From: Candidatus Deferrimicrobium sp.
Lineage (GTDB): Bacteria > Desulfobacterota > Deferrimicrobia > Deferrimicrobiales > Deferrimicrobiaceae
Direction of reading: 5' to 3'
DNA: 58,183 nt
Assembly (NCBI GenBank): GCA_049664185.1
Contig: JBATEU010000236.1
Coordinates: 1-58,183, forward strand
The translations under genes were made by a program, and so were the position numbers. The notes under the pieces are model-generated. The model saw only the letters and a list, made by a program, of their open reading frames with translations. It searched no databases and was not told the DNA's origin. Below are positions 36,494 to 45,115 of the stretch, piece after piece (the stretch's first letter is position 1; the number at the start of each line of letters is the position of its first letter).

Positions 36494-37429
36494 ATGAAGC
36501 GATCGGTTTCGCCGGTCCTCCTGTTCCTTCTGCTGGCCGCGCTCCTGGCGCTGCCGCAGGTCCTTCCGCGGTTCCACACCTATATCGCGGCGATCGTCCT
36601 GCTCACCGCCCTGCTCGCGACAAGCCTCAACATCGCCATCGGGTACACCGGTCTTTACCAGTTCGGCCACGCGGTGTTCTACGGGATCGGCGCTTATGGG
36701 ACGGCCCTGATGCTGACGCGGAGCGGGTGGCCCGCCCCGGTCGCGTTCCTCGTCGGCCCGCTCGCCGCCGCGGCCTTGAGCCTGGTGATGGGCCTGATCT
36801 GCATCCGCCTTTCGAAGCTCTACTTCGGGATGCTCCAGATCTCCCTCGGGTCGCTGGTCTGGGCCGTCGTCTACCGCTGGTACTCCTTCACCGGCGGCGA
36901 CGACGGGATCCACGGCATTCCGCTTCCCGACGCGATCGCCTCGCCGAAAGGCTCCTACTACTTCACCGTGACCGTGACGGCGCTCTGCCTTTTCGCGATG
37001 CACCGGATCGTCCGGTCCCCCTTCGGCAAGGTGATCCAGGGGATCCGGGACAATCCCGTCCGGGCCGCCTCGATCGGCGTCGACGTGCGGCTGCACCAGC
37101 TGGCGTCCCTCGTGATCGCCGGGTTTTTCGGCGGCGTGGCCGGTTCGCTGTTCGTCGTCGTCGAGAACTCGGTCTTTCCGGACATGATGTTCTGGACGTT
37201 CTCGCTCGAGGTGCTGATCATGTGCCTGCTGGGAGGGATGTACACCTTCTTCGGGCCGCTCGTCGGCGCCTCCGCCATCGTGCTGCTCCGGGTCTTCGCG
37301 AGCGTCCATACCCGGTACTGGTCCCTCATCCTCGGCACGATCTTGACGCTCGTGATCATCTTCCTCCCCGACGGCGTGCTCGGCGTGTTCGTCCGGCGCC
37401 TTCGTCCGAAGGAGGACCCCGGTGCTTAG
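36494..37429 (+). CDS. Branched-chain amino acid-type ABC permease (LivM family)
   Basis: 311 aa with YTGLYQFGHAVFYGIGAY and IRDNPVRAASIGVD motifs. Confidence 0.85.
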   Translation: MKRSVSPVLLFLLLAALLALPQVLPRFHTYIAAIVLLTALLATSLNIAIGYTGLYQFGHAVFYGIGAYGTALMLTRSGWPAPVAFLVGPLAAAALSLVMGLICIRLSKLYFGMLQISLGSLVWAVVYRWYSFTGGDDGIHGIPLPDAIASPKGSYYFTVTVTALCLFAMHRIVRSPFGKVIQGIRDNPVRAASIGVDVRLHQLASLVIAGFFGGVAGSLFVVVENSVFPDMMFWTFSLEVLIMCLLGGMYTFFGPLVGASAIVLLRVFASVHTRYWSLILGTILTLVIIFLPDGVLGVFVRRLRPKEDPGA

Positions 37430-38165
37430 GGTGGAATCGGTCGTCAAGTCGTTCGGCGGCTTCAAGGCGGTCGACGGGGCGAACCTCCACGTGAACGCGG
37501 GCGAGATCGTGGCCGTCATCGGGCCGAACGGCGCGGGGAAGACGACGCTGTTCCATCTCCTCACGGGGCATCTTTCCCCCGACTCGGGGCGGATCCTGTT
37601 CAAGGGGAAGGAGATCGGCGGTCTTTCCCCCCACGTCATCTGCCGGAGGGTGATCACCCGCTCCTTCCAGGTGGTGAACATCTTTCCGCGCCTCTCGGTC
37701 TTCGAGAACGTCCAGATCGCGGTCCTGTCGCGCGAACGGAAGACGTTCCGGATCTTTTCGCCGGTTGCGGGGATGGCGGAGGCGGAAGTCCACCGGATCC
37801 TCCGGAGCGTGGGCCTGTTCGACCAACGGGACATCGAAGGCGACCTGCTCTCCCACGGGGACAAGAAGGTCCTCGAGATCGCCGTCGCGCTGAGCGGAAA
37901 CCCCGAACTGCTCATCCTCGACGAGCCGACGGCCGGGATGGCGCCGGAGGAGACGGAACGTTGCATCCGCCTGATCCGGAAGCTATCCGAGGAGTCCGGG
38001 CTGACGATCCTGTTCTGCGAGCACGACATCGCGCTCGTGTTCGAGATCGCGAACCGGATCATGGTGATGGTGCGGGGCGCGACCGTGGTGCAGGGGAGCG
38101 GCGAGGAGGTGCGGCGCAACAGCGAGGTCCAGAGCGCCTACCTCGGAGAGAGCGGCGAATGCTAG
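37422..38165 (+). CDS. ABC transporter ATP-binding protein (LivG family)
   Basis: GTG start overlapping the livM end. It has Walker A GPNGAGKTT, an ABC-signature-like SHGDKK and Walker B LLILDEPTAG. Confidence 0.85.
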   Translation: MLRVESVVKSFGGFKAVDGANLHVNAGEIVAVIGPNGAGKTTLFHLLTGHLSPDSGRILFKGKEIGGLSPHVICRRVITRSFQVVNIFPRLSVFENVQIAVLSRERKTFRIFSPVAGMAEAEVHRILRSVGLFDQRDIEGDLLSHGDKKVLEIAVALSGNPELLILDEPTAGMAPEETERCIRLIRKLSEESGLTILFCEHDIALVFEIANRIMVMVRGATVVQGSGEEVRRNSEVQSAYLGESGEC

Positions 38166-38848
38166 ACGTCCGGGGGATCGACACCTATTACGGCCAGAGC
38201 CACATCCTGTTCGACGTCTCCCTGTCGCTGCGGCAGGGGGAGATCGTCGGCCTGCTCGGGCGCAACGGCGCGGGGAAGACGACGACGATGAAGAGCGTCG
38301 GCGGCATGCTCCATCCGAAAAAGGGGAGGATCCTCTTCGAAGGGGAGGATGTGACGGGCCGGAAGCCGTTTCAGCTGGTCCGCCGCGGCATCTGCTACGT
38401 GCCCGACGACCGGAGGATCTTTTCCGACCTCACCGTCGACGACAACCTCGGCATCGTCTACCGGAGGACCCGCGAATGGGACCGGGACAGGGTGTACGAC
38501 CTGTTCCCGGCGCTCCGGGGGATCAAAGGCCGGCGGGCGGGGGTCCTGAGCGGAGGCGAAAAAGCGATGCTCGCGGTGGGGCGGGCGCTCATGAGCGGTC
38601 CGAAGCTGCTCCTGCTCGACGAGCCGACGGAAGGCCTCGCGCCGCTGATCGTCAGGGCGCTCGAGGAGCAGATCCTGCGGCTGAAGGAGTCCGGCATCAG
38701 CATCCTCCTCTCGGAGCAGAACCTGAAATCGTCGCTGGCCCTCATCGACCGCGCCTACATCATCGACAACGGCAGGATCCGCTACCAGGGGACGGCGAAG
38801 GAGCTCGAGAACAACGCCGAGATCCAGCGGATGCACCTGATGATCTAG
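38159..38848 (+). CDS. ABC transporter ATP-binding protein (LivF family)
   Basis: The ATG overlaps the livG end. It has Walker A GRNGAGKTT, signature LSGGEKAML and Walker B LLLLDEPTEG. Confidence 0.85.
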   Translation: MLDVRGIDTYYGQSHILFDVSLSLRQGEIVGLLGRNGAGKTTTMKSVGGMLHPKKGRILFEGEDVTGRKPFQLVRRGICYVPDDRRIFSDLTVDDNLGIVYRRTREWDRDRVYDLFPALRGIKGRRAGVLSGGEKAMLAVGRALMSGPKLLLLDEPTEGLAPLIVRALEEQILRLKESGISILLSEQNLKSSLALIDRAYIIDNGRIRYQGTAKELENNAEIQRMHLMI

Positions 38849-38852
38849 CGCA

Positions 38853-40094
38853 TCAGGCCGTTGCCGGCTTTCGCAAGAACCCGCTCAGCACGATCGCGGC
38901 GCCGGCGAACGCGGCGGCCATGTAGAAGGAGCTGGAAAAGGACCCGGTCCGTTCCGCCAGCACCCCGGCGGCGGCGGGGCCGGAGATCTGCCCCAGCCCG
39001 AAGATGAACGTGACGAAGCCGATGGCGGCCGCGGACTTTTTCGGCCCGACGTAATCGCCGATGGCGGCCGCCATGATCGAGGGGATGCTCCACGCCACGA
39101 TGCCGAAAAAGACGATCGACAGGTACAGGAACATCCCGGGCAGCCGCGTGGCGATGAGAAGGTAGGAGACCGCCTGCAGGGAAAAGACGATCATCAGCCC
39201 CGCCTTCCGGCCGATCCGGTCCGACAGCGTTCCGAAGACGGGACCCGAGAACAGGCTCAGGAACCCGACCCACATCCAGAAATTCCCCGCCAGGCTCTCC
39301 GAGAATCCCCTCTCCCGGACCAGCGTCGTGACGATGAAGGTCGCGTAGATCACGTAGGTGTAGCCGAACAGGAAGTAGATCGCGCCGAGGTAGTAGATGA
39401 CCCCCTTCCGGTAGATGTTCACCTCGGCCGCCTCCGGGCCGGGGTCGAAGGAGACCGCGGTTTCGTCGGCGCCGACGGGGGCAAGGCCCTTGTCCTCCGG
39501 GCCGTCCCGGAGCATGGCGACGGCGACGACGGCGATCAGGATCACGAGGCCGCTGAGGAGGAGCCAGCTGGTGCGCCACCCCTCGGGGCCGATCCACCGG
39601 TTGAGGTACGGGATCAGGCGGCCGGCGATCATGATCGCGAACCCGCTTCCGATCACGATGAAGCCGGCGGCGCGCCCCCGCTTGCGGCTCGAAAACCAGG
39701 CGGCGACCAGCCCCATCACCGGGACGTTGGTGGCGCCGCTCCCGACGCCGGTGATCATGTACAGGAGGAGGACCGAGAGGAAGCCGGTCGCCCTGCTCAC
39801 CAGCGCCATGGAGAGGGCGACCGTCAGCAGCGCGAGGAAGATGAGCCTGCGCGACCCGATCCGGCCCGCCCAGTGGGCGCTCACGAGGACGGAGGCGAGG
39901 TACCCGAGGAAATTGGCCGTGCTGATGAACCCCATCTGGGAGTACGACAGGTGGAGCGTCGCGGCCATCGAGGGGAGGAGCATTCCGAGGGCAAAGCGGC
40001 CGAATCCCAGGCACGCAAGGATGCAGAGCATCCCCGCGAAGACGATCACCCATCCGTAATGGAACGATGGCCTGCGGGGGGGGGATTTTTGCAT
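38853..40094 (-). CDS. MFS transporter
   Basis: 413 aa from MQKSPPRR with about 12 predicted TM helices. Its G+C and codon usage match the host. Confidence 0.8.
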   Translation of the reverse strand: MQKSPPRRPSFHYGWVIVFAGMLCILACLGFGRFALGMLLPSMAATLHLSYSQMGFISTANFLGYLASVLVSAHWAGRIGSRRLIFLALLTVALSMALVSRATGFLSVLLLYMITGVGSGATNVPVMGLVAAWFSSRKRGRAAGFIVIGSGFAIMIAGRLIPYLNRWIGPEGWRTSWLLLSGLVILIAVVAVAMLRDGPEDKGLAPVGADETAVSFDPGPEAAEVNIYRKGVIYYLGAIYFLFGYTYVIYATFIVTTLVRERGFSESLAGNFWMWVGFLSLFSGPVFGTLSDRIGRKAGLMIVFSLQAVSYLLIATRLPGMFLYLSIVFFGIVAWSIPSIMAAAIGDYVGPKKSAAAIGFVTFIFGLGQISGPAAAGVLAERTGSFSSSFYMAAAFAGAAIVLSGFLRKPATA

Positions 40095-40414
40095 GAGGGG
40101 AAATATAACATGGTATTCCCGCGGCGCCCGAATTAAGATGGAAGTCGCCCCGGCGACGGGGACTGCCACGGAATTCCGTAAAACGACGTATTGCATTATT
40201 GTTGACGGATAAATGGCATAATGGTACTGTTTTGCGCATTGTATCTCCCGTGCCGGTGCTCGTCGTCTGGACCACCGGATCGACCGGGCGGCTTTGCCTG
40301 TTTAAGTTATCTATATTAAAGGTTTTTTTCCGGAAACGTACGGCACCTTTGGCGATGTGGCTTGTCGGTTGGGACGGATGAACCGGTAATCACAACGAAC
40401 GAAAGGAGAGGGGA

Positions 40415-41566
40415 ATGAAGGGAAAGAAGGGGATGGTGGCATTGGGAGTTCTTCTGGCGGTATTTCTGTCGGGGGCGTTCGCACAGGCGGCGGAGCCGAT
40501 CAAGATCGGCGCGATCCTGTCGGTGACCGGACCGGCGTCGTTCCTCGGAGCGCCCGAGGCGAAAACCCTCGAGATGCTCGTGGCGGAGACGAACAAGAAG
40601 GGCGGCGTCCTTGGGCACAAGGTCGAGCTGATCATCAAGGATTCCGGCGCCAGCCCCGAGAAGGCCTTTTCCTTCGCCAAGCAGCTGATCGACGAGGACA
40701 AGGTGTTCGCCATCATCGGCCCCTCGACGAGCGGCGAGACGATGAAGATCAAGGGCGTCGCCGAGGCGGGGAAGACCATCCTCCTGTCCTGCGCGGCGGC
40801 CGAGGCGATCGTCAACCCCGTCGCGAAGTGGGTGTTCAAGACCCCCCAGAAGGACAGCGACGCGGTCATCAAGATCTTCCAGCAGATGAAGAAGATGAAG
40901 ATCTCCAAGATCGGCGTCCTCTCCGGCAACGACGGCTTCGGGAACGCGGGGAAGGGGCAGATCGAGAAGCTCGCGCCGGAGTACGGCGTCACGATCGCCG
41001 CCAACGAGGTGTACGACGCCAAGGCGAGCGACCTGACGGCCGAGGTGACCAAGATCAAGGCCGCGAACGTCCAGGCGATCATCAACTGGTCGGTCGTGCC
41101 CGCGCAGGCGATCGTGATCAAGAACGCGCGCCAGATCGGCCTCAAGATTCCCATCTTCCAGAGCCACGGCTTCGGGAACATCAAGTACGTCGAGGCCGCC
41201 GGCGCGGCGGCGGAAGGGGTCATGTTCCCCGCCGGCCGGCTTCTGGTCGCCGACGTTCTCCCGAAGAACAACCCCCAGAGGGAGCTCCTCCTCAATTACA
41301 AGAAGAACTACATGAACTTCTGCATGGGGGAGGAGTGCAGCACCTTCGGCGGTCACGCCTACGACGCCTACACCATCCTGGTCAAGGCGATCGAGAATGC
41401 GAAGTCGACCGACAAGGAGGCGGTCCGGACCGCCATCGAGAACCTCAAGGGCTTCGTCGGGACGGGCGGCATCTTCAACTTCTCCCCGACGGACCACAAC
41501 GGCCTCAACGTCGACGCCTTCGAGATGCTGACCGTGAAGAAGGGGAAGTTCGCCATCCTGAAGTAG
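40415..41566 (+). CDS. ABC transporter substrate-binding protein (LivK family), second system
   Basis: It has a signal peptide MKGKKGMVALGVLLAVFLSGAFAQA, then IKIGAILSVTGPASFLGAPE…NKKGGVLGHKV. Confidence 0.85.
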   Translation: MKGKKGMVALGVLLAVFLSGAFAQAAEPIKIGAILSVTGPASFLGAPEAKTLEMLVAETNKKGGVLGHKVELIIKDSGASPEKAFSFAKQLIDEDKVFAIIGPSTSGETMKIKGVAEAGKTILLSCAAAEAIVNPVAKWVFKTPQKDSDAVIKIFQQMKKMKISKIGVLSGNDGFGNAGKGQIEKLAPEYGVTIAANEVYDAKASDLTAEVTKIKAANVQAIINWSVVPAQAIVIKNARQIGLKIPIFQSHGFGNIKYVEAAGAAAEGVMFPAGRLLVADVLPKNNPQRELLLNYKKNYMNFCMGEECSTFGGHAYDAYTILVKAIENAKSTDKEAVRTAIENLKGFVGTGGIFNFSPTDHNGLNVDAFEMLTVKKGKFAILK

Positions 41567-41590
41567 AAGGCCCCGGAAGCGCTGCCATTC

Positions 41591-41632
41591 CGATCGGGAG
41601 TACACGCGTCGCGCGTGTGCTCCCGATCGTTT
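41591..41632 (+). terminator. Strong intercistronic hairpin (attenuator/terminator) between the SBP and permease genes
   Basis: 18-bp stem CGATCGGGAGTACACGCG / CGCGTGTGCTCCCGATCG (one G-U) with a 3-nt loop, followed by TTT. Confidence 0.6.
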
Positions 41633-41649
41633 GAGGAAAGGACACGCAC

Positions 41650-42534
41650 CTGGAATTCTTTTTTCAATACCTGGTCGCGGGGCTCACGTACGGAACGATC
41701 TACGCGATCGTCGCCATCGGGTTCAACATCATCTACAACGCGACGGGGATCATCAACTTCGCGCAGGGCGAGTTCGTGATGCTCGGCGGTATGACCGCCG
41801 TCACGCTGAACCAGTTCGTGCCGATGCCGCTGGCGATCCTGCTCGCGGTCGTCCTGACGATGATCGTCGGCGCGGTCATCGAGATCGTCTTCATCCGCTG
41901 GCTTTACAAGCCTTCGGTGCTGCGGATGGTCATCATCACCATCGGCGTTTCGATCCTGATCCGCGAAATCGCGTTGCATATCTGGGGGGATGGCGTTCGG
42001 GCGCTCCCCTATTTCACCGGCTCCTCGGTGACCTCCATCAACCTGGGCGGGGTCTACATCTCGTCGCAGGTCCTCTGGGTGGTCGGCGTCGGCGGTCTCG
42101 CGGTCGCGGCGCTGACCGCGTTCTTCAACCTGACCATGCTGGGCCGGCAGATGCGCGCGTGCGCGGCGAACCGCGACGCGGCCCGACTCTGCGGCATCGA
42201 CACGGGAAACATGGTCACCCTCTCGTTCATCCTCAGCGCCGCGATCGGCGCCATCGGGGGATGCGTCGTCTGCCCGATCACCTACGTCCAGTACGACAGC
42301 GGGACGCCGCTCGCGATCAAGGGGTTCACCGTCGCCATCCTCGGGGGACTCGGAAACAGCACGGCCGCCGTCGGGGCCGGGATGATCCTCGGGATCCTCG
42401 AGTCGTTCAGCATCTGGGTCCTGCCGACCGCGTACAAGGAGGCGATCTCGATCGCCATCCTGCTCGTCATCCTGTTCTTCAAGCCGAGCGGCATCTTCGG
42501 CAGCGCCGAGGCCGCCCGGCTCAAGGAGTTCTGA
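41650..42534 (+). CDS. LivH family ABC permease; the conserved N-terminus has no canonical start codon (putative CTG start)
   Basis: The conserved LivH N-terminus (FFQYLVAGLTYGTIYAIVAIGFNIIYNATGIINFAQGEF) is encoded upstream of the first ATG/GTG (41773/41776). The frame opens after TGA 41632-41634. GAGGAAAGG lies 8 nt before CTG 41650. Confidence 0.7.
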   Translation: MEFFFQYLVAGLTYGTIYAIVAIGFNIIYNATGIINFAQGEFVMLGGMTAVTLNQFVPMPLAILLAVVLTMIVGAVIEIVFIRWLYKPSVLRMVIITIGVSILIREIALHIWGDGVRALPYFTGSSVTSINLGGVYISSQVLWVVGVGGLAVAALTAFFNLTMLGRQMRACAANRDAARLCGIDTGNMVTLSFILSAAIGAIGGCVVCPITYVQYDSGTPLAIKGFTVAILGGLGNSTAAVGAGMILGILESFSIWVLPTAYKEAISIAILLVILFFKPSGIFGSAEAARLKEF

Positions 42535-43607
42535 TGGCGCGGAGATACTTCGCCATCGCCGCGTTCGCCGGCCTGATCGTCACGATCCAGTTGGCGACCT
42601 TCGCGACCGGCACCGCCTATTACCTCACCCAGCTGACCATGACGGCCTACTATTCGCTGATCGTCGTCGGCCTCTGCATGCTCATCGGATACGCGGGGCA
42701 GATCTCGCTCGGCCATGCGGGGTTCTTCGCCATCGGCGGATACGTGACGGCGTTCCTGACGACCTTCGACCTCAAGTCCCACCACGGGGCCTTCGTCTCC
42801 CTCCTTTCGAAAGCGGGGGCGCTGGTCTCCCGCCAGGACGTTTACGGGGGCAGCCTGCTGACGGTTCACCCGTGGCTGGCCTGCGTGGCCGCGATCCTCC
42901 TGACGGTCGTCGTCGCGTATCTTGTCGGGGGGCCGGTCCTGAAGCTGAAGGGCCACTACCTGGCCATGGCGACCCTCGGGATCGGCATCATCGTCTACCG
43001 CATCGTTTTGGGAACCGAATACCTCGGCGCCGCGGACGGGATCTCCGAGGTCCCAGGGTTTCCGCTGCCCGGGGGGCTCCTCATCACCGGCGACGCCTCC
43101 TCGCGGGTCTTCAACTATTACCTGGCGTGGGGGGTGATGATCCTCGGGATGGCGCTCCTGCTGAACCTGATCCACTCCCGGATCGGAAGGGCCCTCGCCG
43201 CGGTTCACGGCGCCGAGGACGCGGCGGAGGCGATGGGAATCCCGACCGCCCGCTACAAGCTGCATACGTTCGTGCTGAGCGCGGTGTTCGCCGCCCTGGC
43301 CGGGGTCCTGCTCACCCATTACAACGGCGGCATCGGCCCGTCCGAGGCCGGGGTCATGAAGTCGGTGCGATACGTCGCGATCGTCGCGATCGGGGGGATG
43401 GCGAACCTCTGGGGCGCCCTCTCGATGAGCCTCGTCCTGAACTACCTGTCGCTTCGCGGGTATTTCGGGACCTACGACGACGCCGTCTTCGGCGTCATCC
43501 TGATCCTGATCATGCTGTTCGCTCCCGACGGGCTGCTTCGGCGTCATCTCCTCTCCGACCTGAAACGGATCGTCTCCCGGAATCCCGCCGAGGAGGAGGC
43601 GCCGTGA
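42534..43607 (+). CDS. LivM family ABC permease
   Basis: 357 aa. The ATG shares one nt with the livH stop (TGATG). It has YAGQISLGHAGFFAIGGY and a HGAEDAAEAMGI motif. Confidence 0.85.
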   Translation: MARRYFAIAAFAGLIVTIQLATFATGTAYYLTQLTMTAYYSLIVVGLCMLIGYAGQISLGHAGFFAIGGYVTAFLTTFDLKSHHGAFVSLLSKAGALVSRQDVYGGSLLTVHPWLACVAAILLTVVVAYLVGGPVLKLKGHYLAMATLGIGIIVYRIVLGTEYLGAADGISEVPGFPLPGGLLITGDASSRVFNYYLAWGVMILGMALLLNLIHSRIGRALAAVHGAEDAAEAMGIPTARYKLHTFVLSAVFAALAGVLLTHYNGGIGPSEAGVMKSVRYVAIVAIGGMANLWGALSMSLVLNYLSLRGYFGTYDDAVFGVILILIMLFAPDGLLRRHLLSDLKRIVSRNPAEEEAP

Positions 43608-44368
43608 CGCTGCTTTCGGTCCGCGGGATCAGCAAGCGGTTCGGCGGCCTCCAGGCCGTCAACGACCTTTCCTTCGACATCGCCACGGGTTCGATCAAGG
43701 CGCTGATCGGGCCGAACGGCGCGGGGAAGACGACGATCTTCAACCTGATCTCCGGTTTCCTTCATCCCGATTCCGGCGAGATCGTTTTCGGGGGGGCGGA
43801 GATCCAGGCCCTGTCTTCCAGCGAGGTCGCGGTCCTCGGCATGGTGCGCACGTTCCAGCACATCCGGCTCTTCCCGAAGATGACGGTCCTCGAGAACATC
43901 ATGGTCGGACGCCACGTCCACAGCCGGGCGGGGTTCCTCGCCGGGATGCTGAACCTGCCCTACACGTGGGGGGAGGAGCGGCGGATCCGGGAGAGGAGCT
44001 TCGAGATCATGGAGATGCTCGGCATCGTCGACCACGCCGGGGCGGAGGCGATCAGCCTCGCCTACGGCCAGCAGCGCGTCGTCGAGATCGCCCGCGCGCT
44101 CGCCTGCGACCCGAAGCTCCTCCTGCTCGACGAGCCCGCGGCCGGGCTGAACATGCGGGAAACGAACGAAATGGGGCGGTTGATCTCGAGGATCCGCGGG
44201 ATGGGGGTCACCGTGCTGCTCGTGGAGCACGACATGTCGCTCGTCATGAAGATCTCGGACGAGGTCGTCGTGGTGAGCTACGGGGAGAAGATCGCCGAGG
44301 ATCGTCCCCTCTCGATCCAGAAGAACCGGGAAGTGATCCGGGTGTACCTGGGGGACGACGAGTGCTGA
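43604..44368 (+). CDS. LivG family ABC ATPase
   Basis: GTG start overlapping the livM stop. It has Walker A GPNGAGKTT, signature-like YGQQRV and Walker B LLLLDEPAAG. Confidence 0.85.
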   Translation: MTLLSVRGISKRFGGLQAVNDLSFDIATGSIKALIGPNGAGKTTIFNLISGFLHPDSGEIVFGGAEIQALSSSEVAVLGMVRTFQHIRLFPKMTVLENIMVGRHVHSRAGFLAGMLNLPYTWGEERRIRERSFEIMEMLGIVDHAGAEAISLAYGQQRVVEIARALACDPKLLLLDEPAAGLNMRETNEMGRLISRIRGMGVTVLLVEHDMSLVMKISDEVVVVSYGEKIAEDRPLSIQKNREVIRVYLGDDEC

Positions 44369-45099
44369 GGATCAAGAATCTCGAGTCCGGATACGGCAGG
44401 CTGAAGGTGCTCAAAAAGGTCACGATGCATATCGGGGCCGGAGAGATCGTCACGATCATCGGGGCGAACGGCGCCGGGAAGACCAGCCTCCTGAGGACGG
44501 TCTCGGGACTGATCCCGGCACGGTCGGGAGAGATTCTCTTCGACACGAAGGAGATCGGAAGAATGCCCCCGGAGAGGATCGTCTTCCTCGGTTGCTCGCT
44601 CGTGCCCGAGGGACGCCAGGTCTTCGCTCCCATGACGGTGAAGGAGAACATCCTCCTGGGAGCCTACCCCCAATTCCGGAACAGGCGCGGCGATCGGGTC
44701 CGGGAGGACATCGAACGCATCTATGGGCTCTTTCCCCGCATCAGGGAGCGCGAGCGGCAGCTCGCCGGCACCCTCTCCGGAGGCGAACAGCAGATGCTCG
44801 CCATCGCGAGGGCCCTCATGGCCCGCCCGAAGCTGATCATGATGGACGAGCCCTCGATGGGGCTCGCGCCGCTGATCATCAAGGATATTTTCTCGATCGT
44901 CACGAGACTCCGGGATGAGGGGAACACGGTTCTGCTCGTCGAGCAGAACGCGAAGGCCGCGCTGGGCATCGCGGACCGCGGATATGTTCTCGAAACCGGC
45001 AGGATTATCATGGAAGGGACGGCGGAGGACCTGCTCTCGAACCGCGAGGTGCAACGGGCCTACCTCGGGCGGGATCTGGACACGGAAGGAACGATGTAA
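44362..45099 (+). CDS. LivF family ABC ATPase
   Basis: GTG start overlapping the livG end. It has Walker A GANGAGKTS, signature LSGGEQQML and Walker B LIMMDEPSMG. Confidence 0.85.
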   Translation: MLRIKNLESGYGRLKVLKKVTMHIGAGEIVTIIGANGAGKTSLLRTVSGLIPARSGEILFDTKEIGRMPPERIVFLGCSLVPEGRQVFAPMTVKENILLGAYPQFRNRRGDRVREDIERIYGLFPRIRERERQLAGTLSGGEQQMLAIARALMARPKLIMMDEPSMGLAPLIIKDIFSIVTRLRDEGNTVLLVEQNAKAALGIADRGYVLETGRIIMEGTAEDLLSNREVQRAYLGRDLDTEGTM

Positions 45100-45115
45100 C
45101 GGATCGGAGGGCGGC

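Noticed and set aside
40199-40381. 60-aa ORF in the MFS/SBP intergenic region, and a TTGACG-17-TACTGT promoter-like match at 40202-40230
   Set aside because: The ORF has no RBS, an odd composition and no family resemblance. The promoter match would leave a ~185-nt leader and is too weak to report as a feature.
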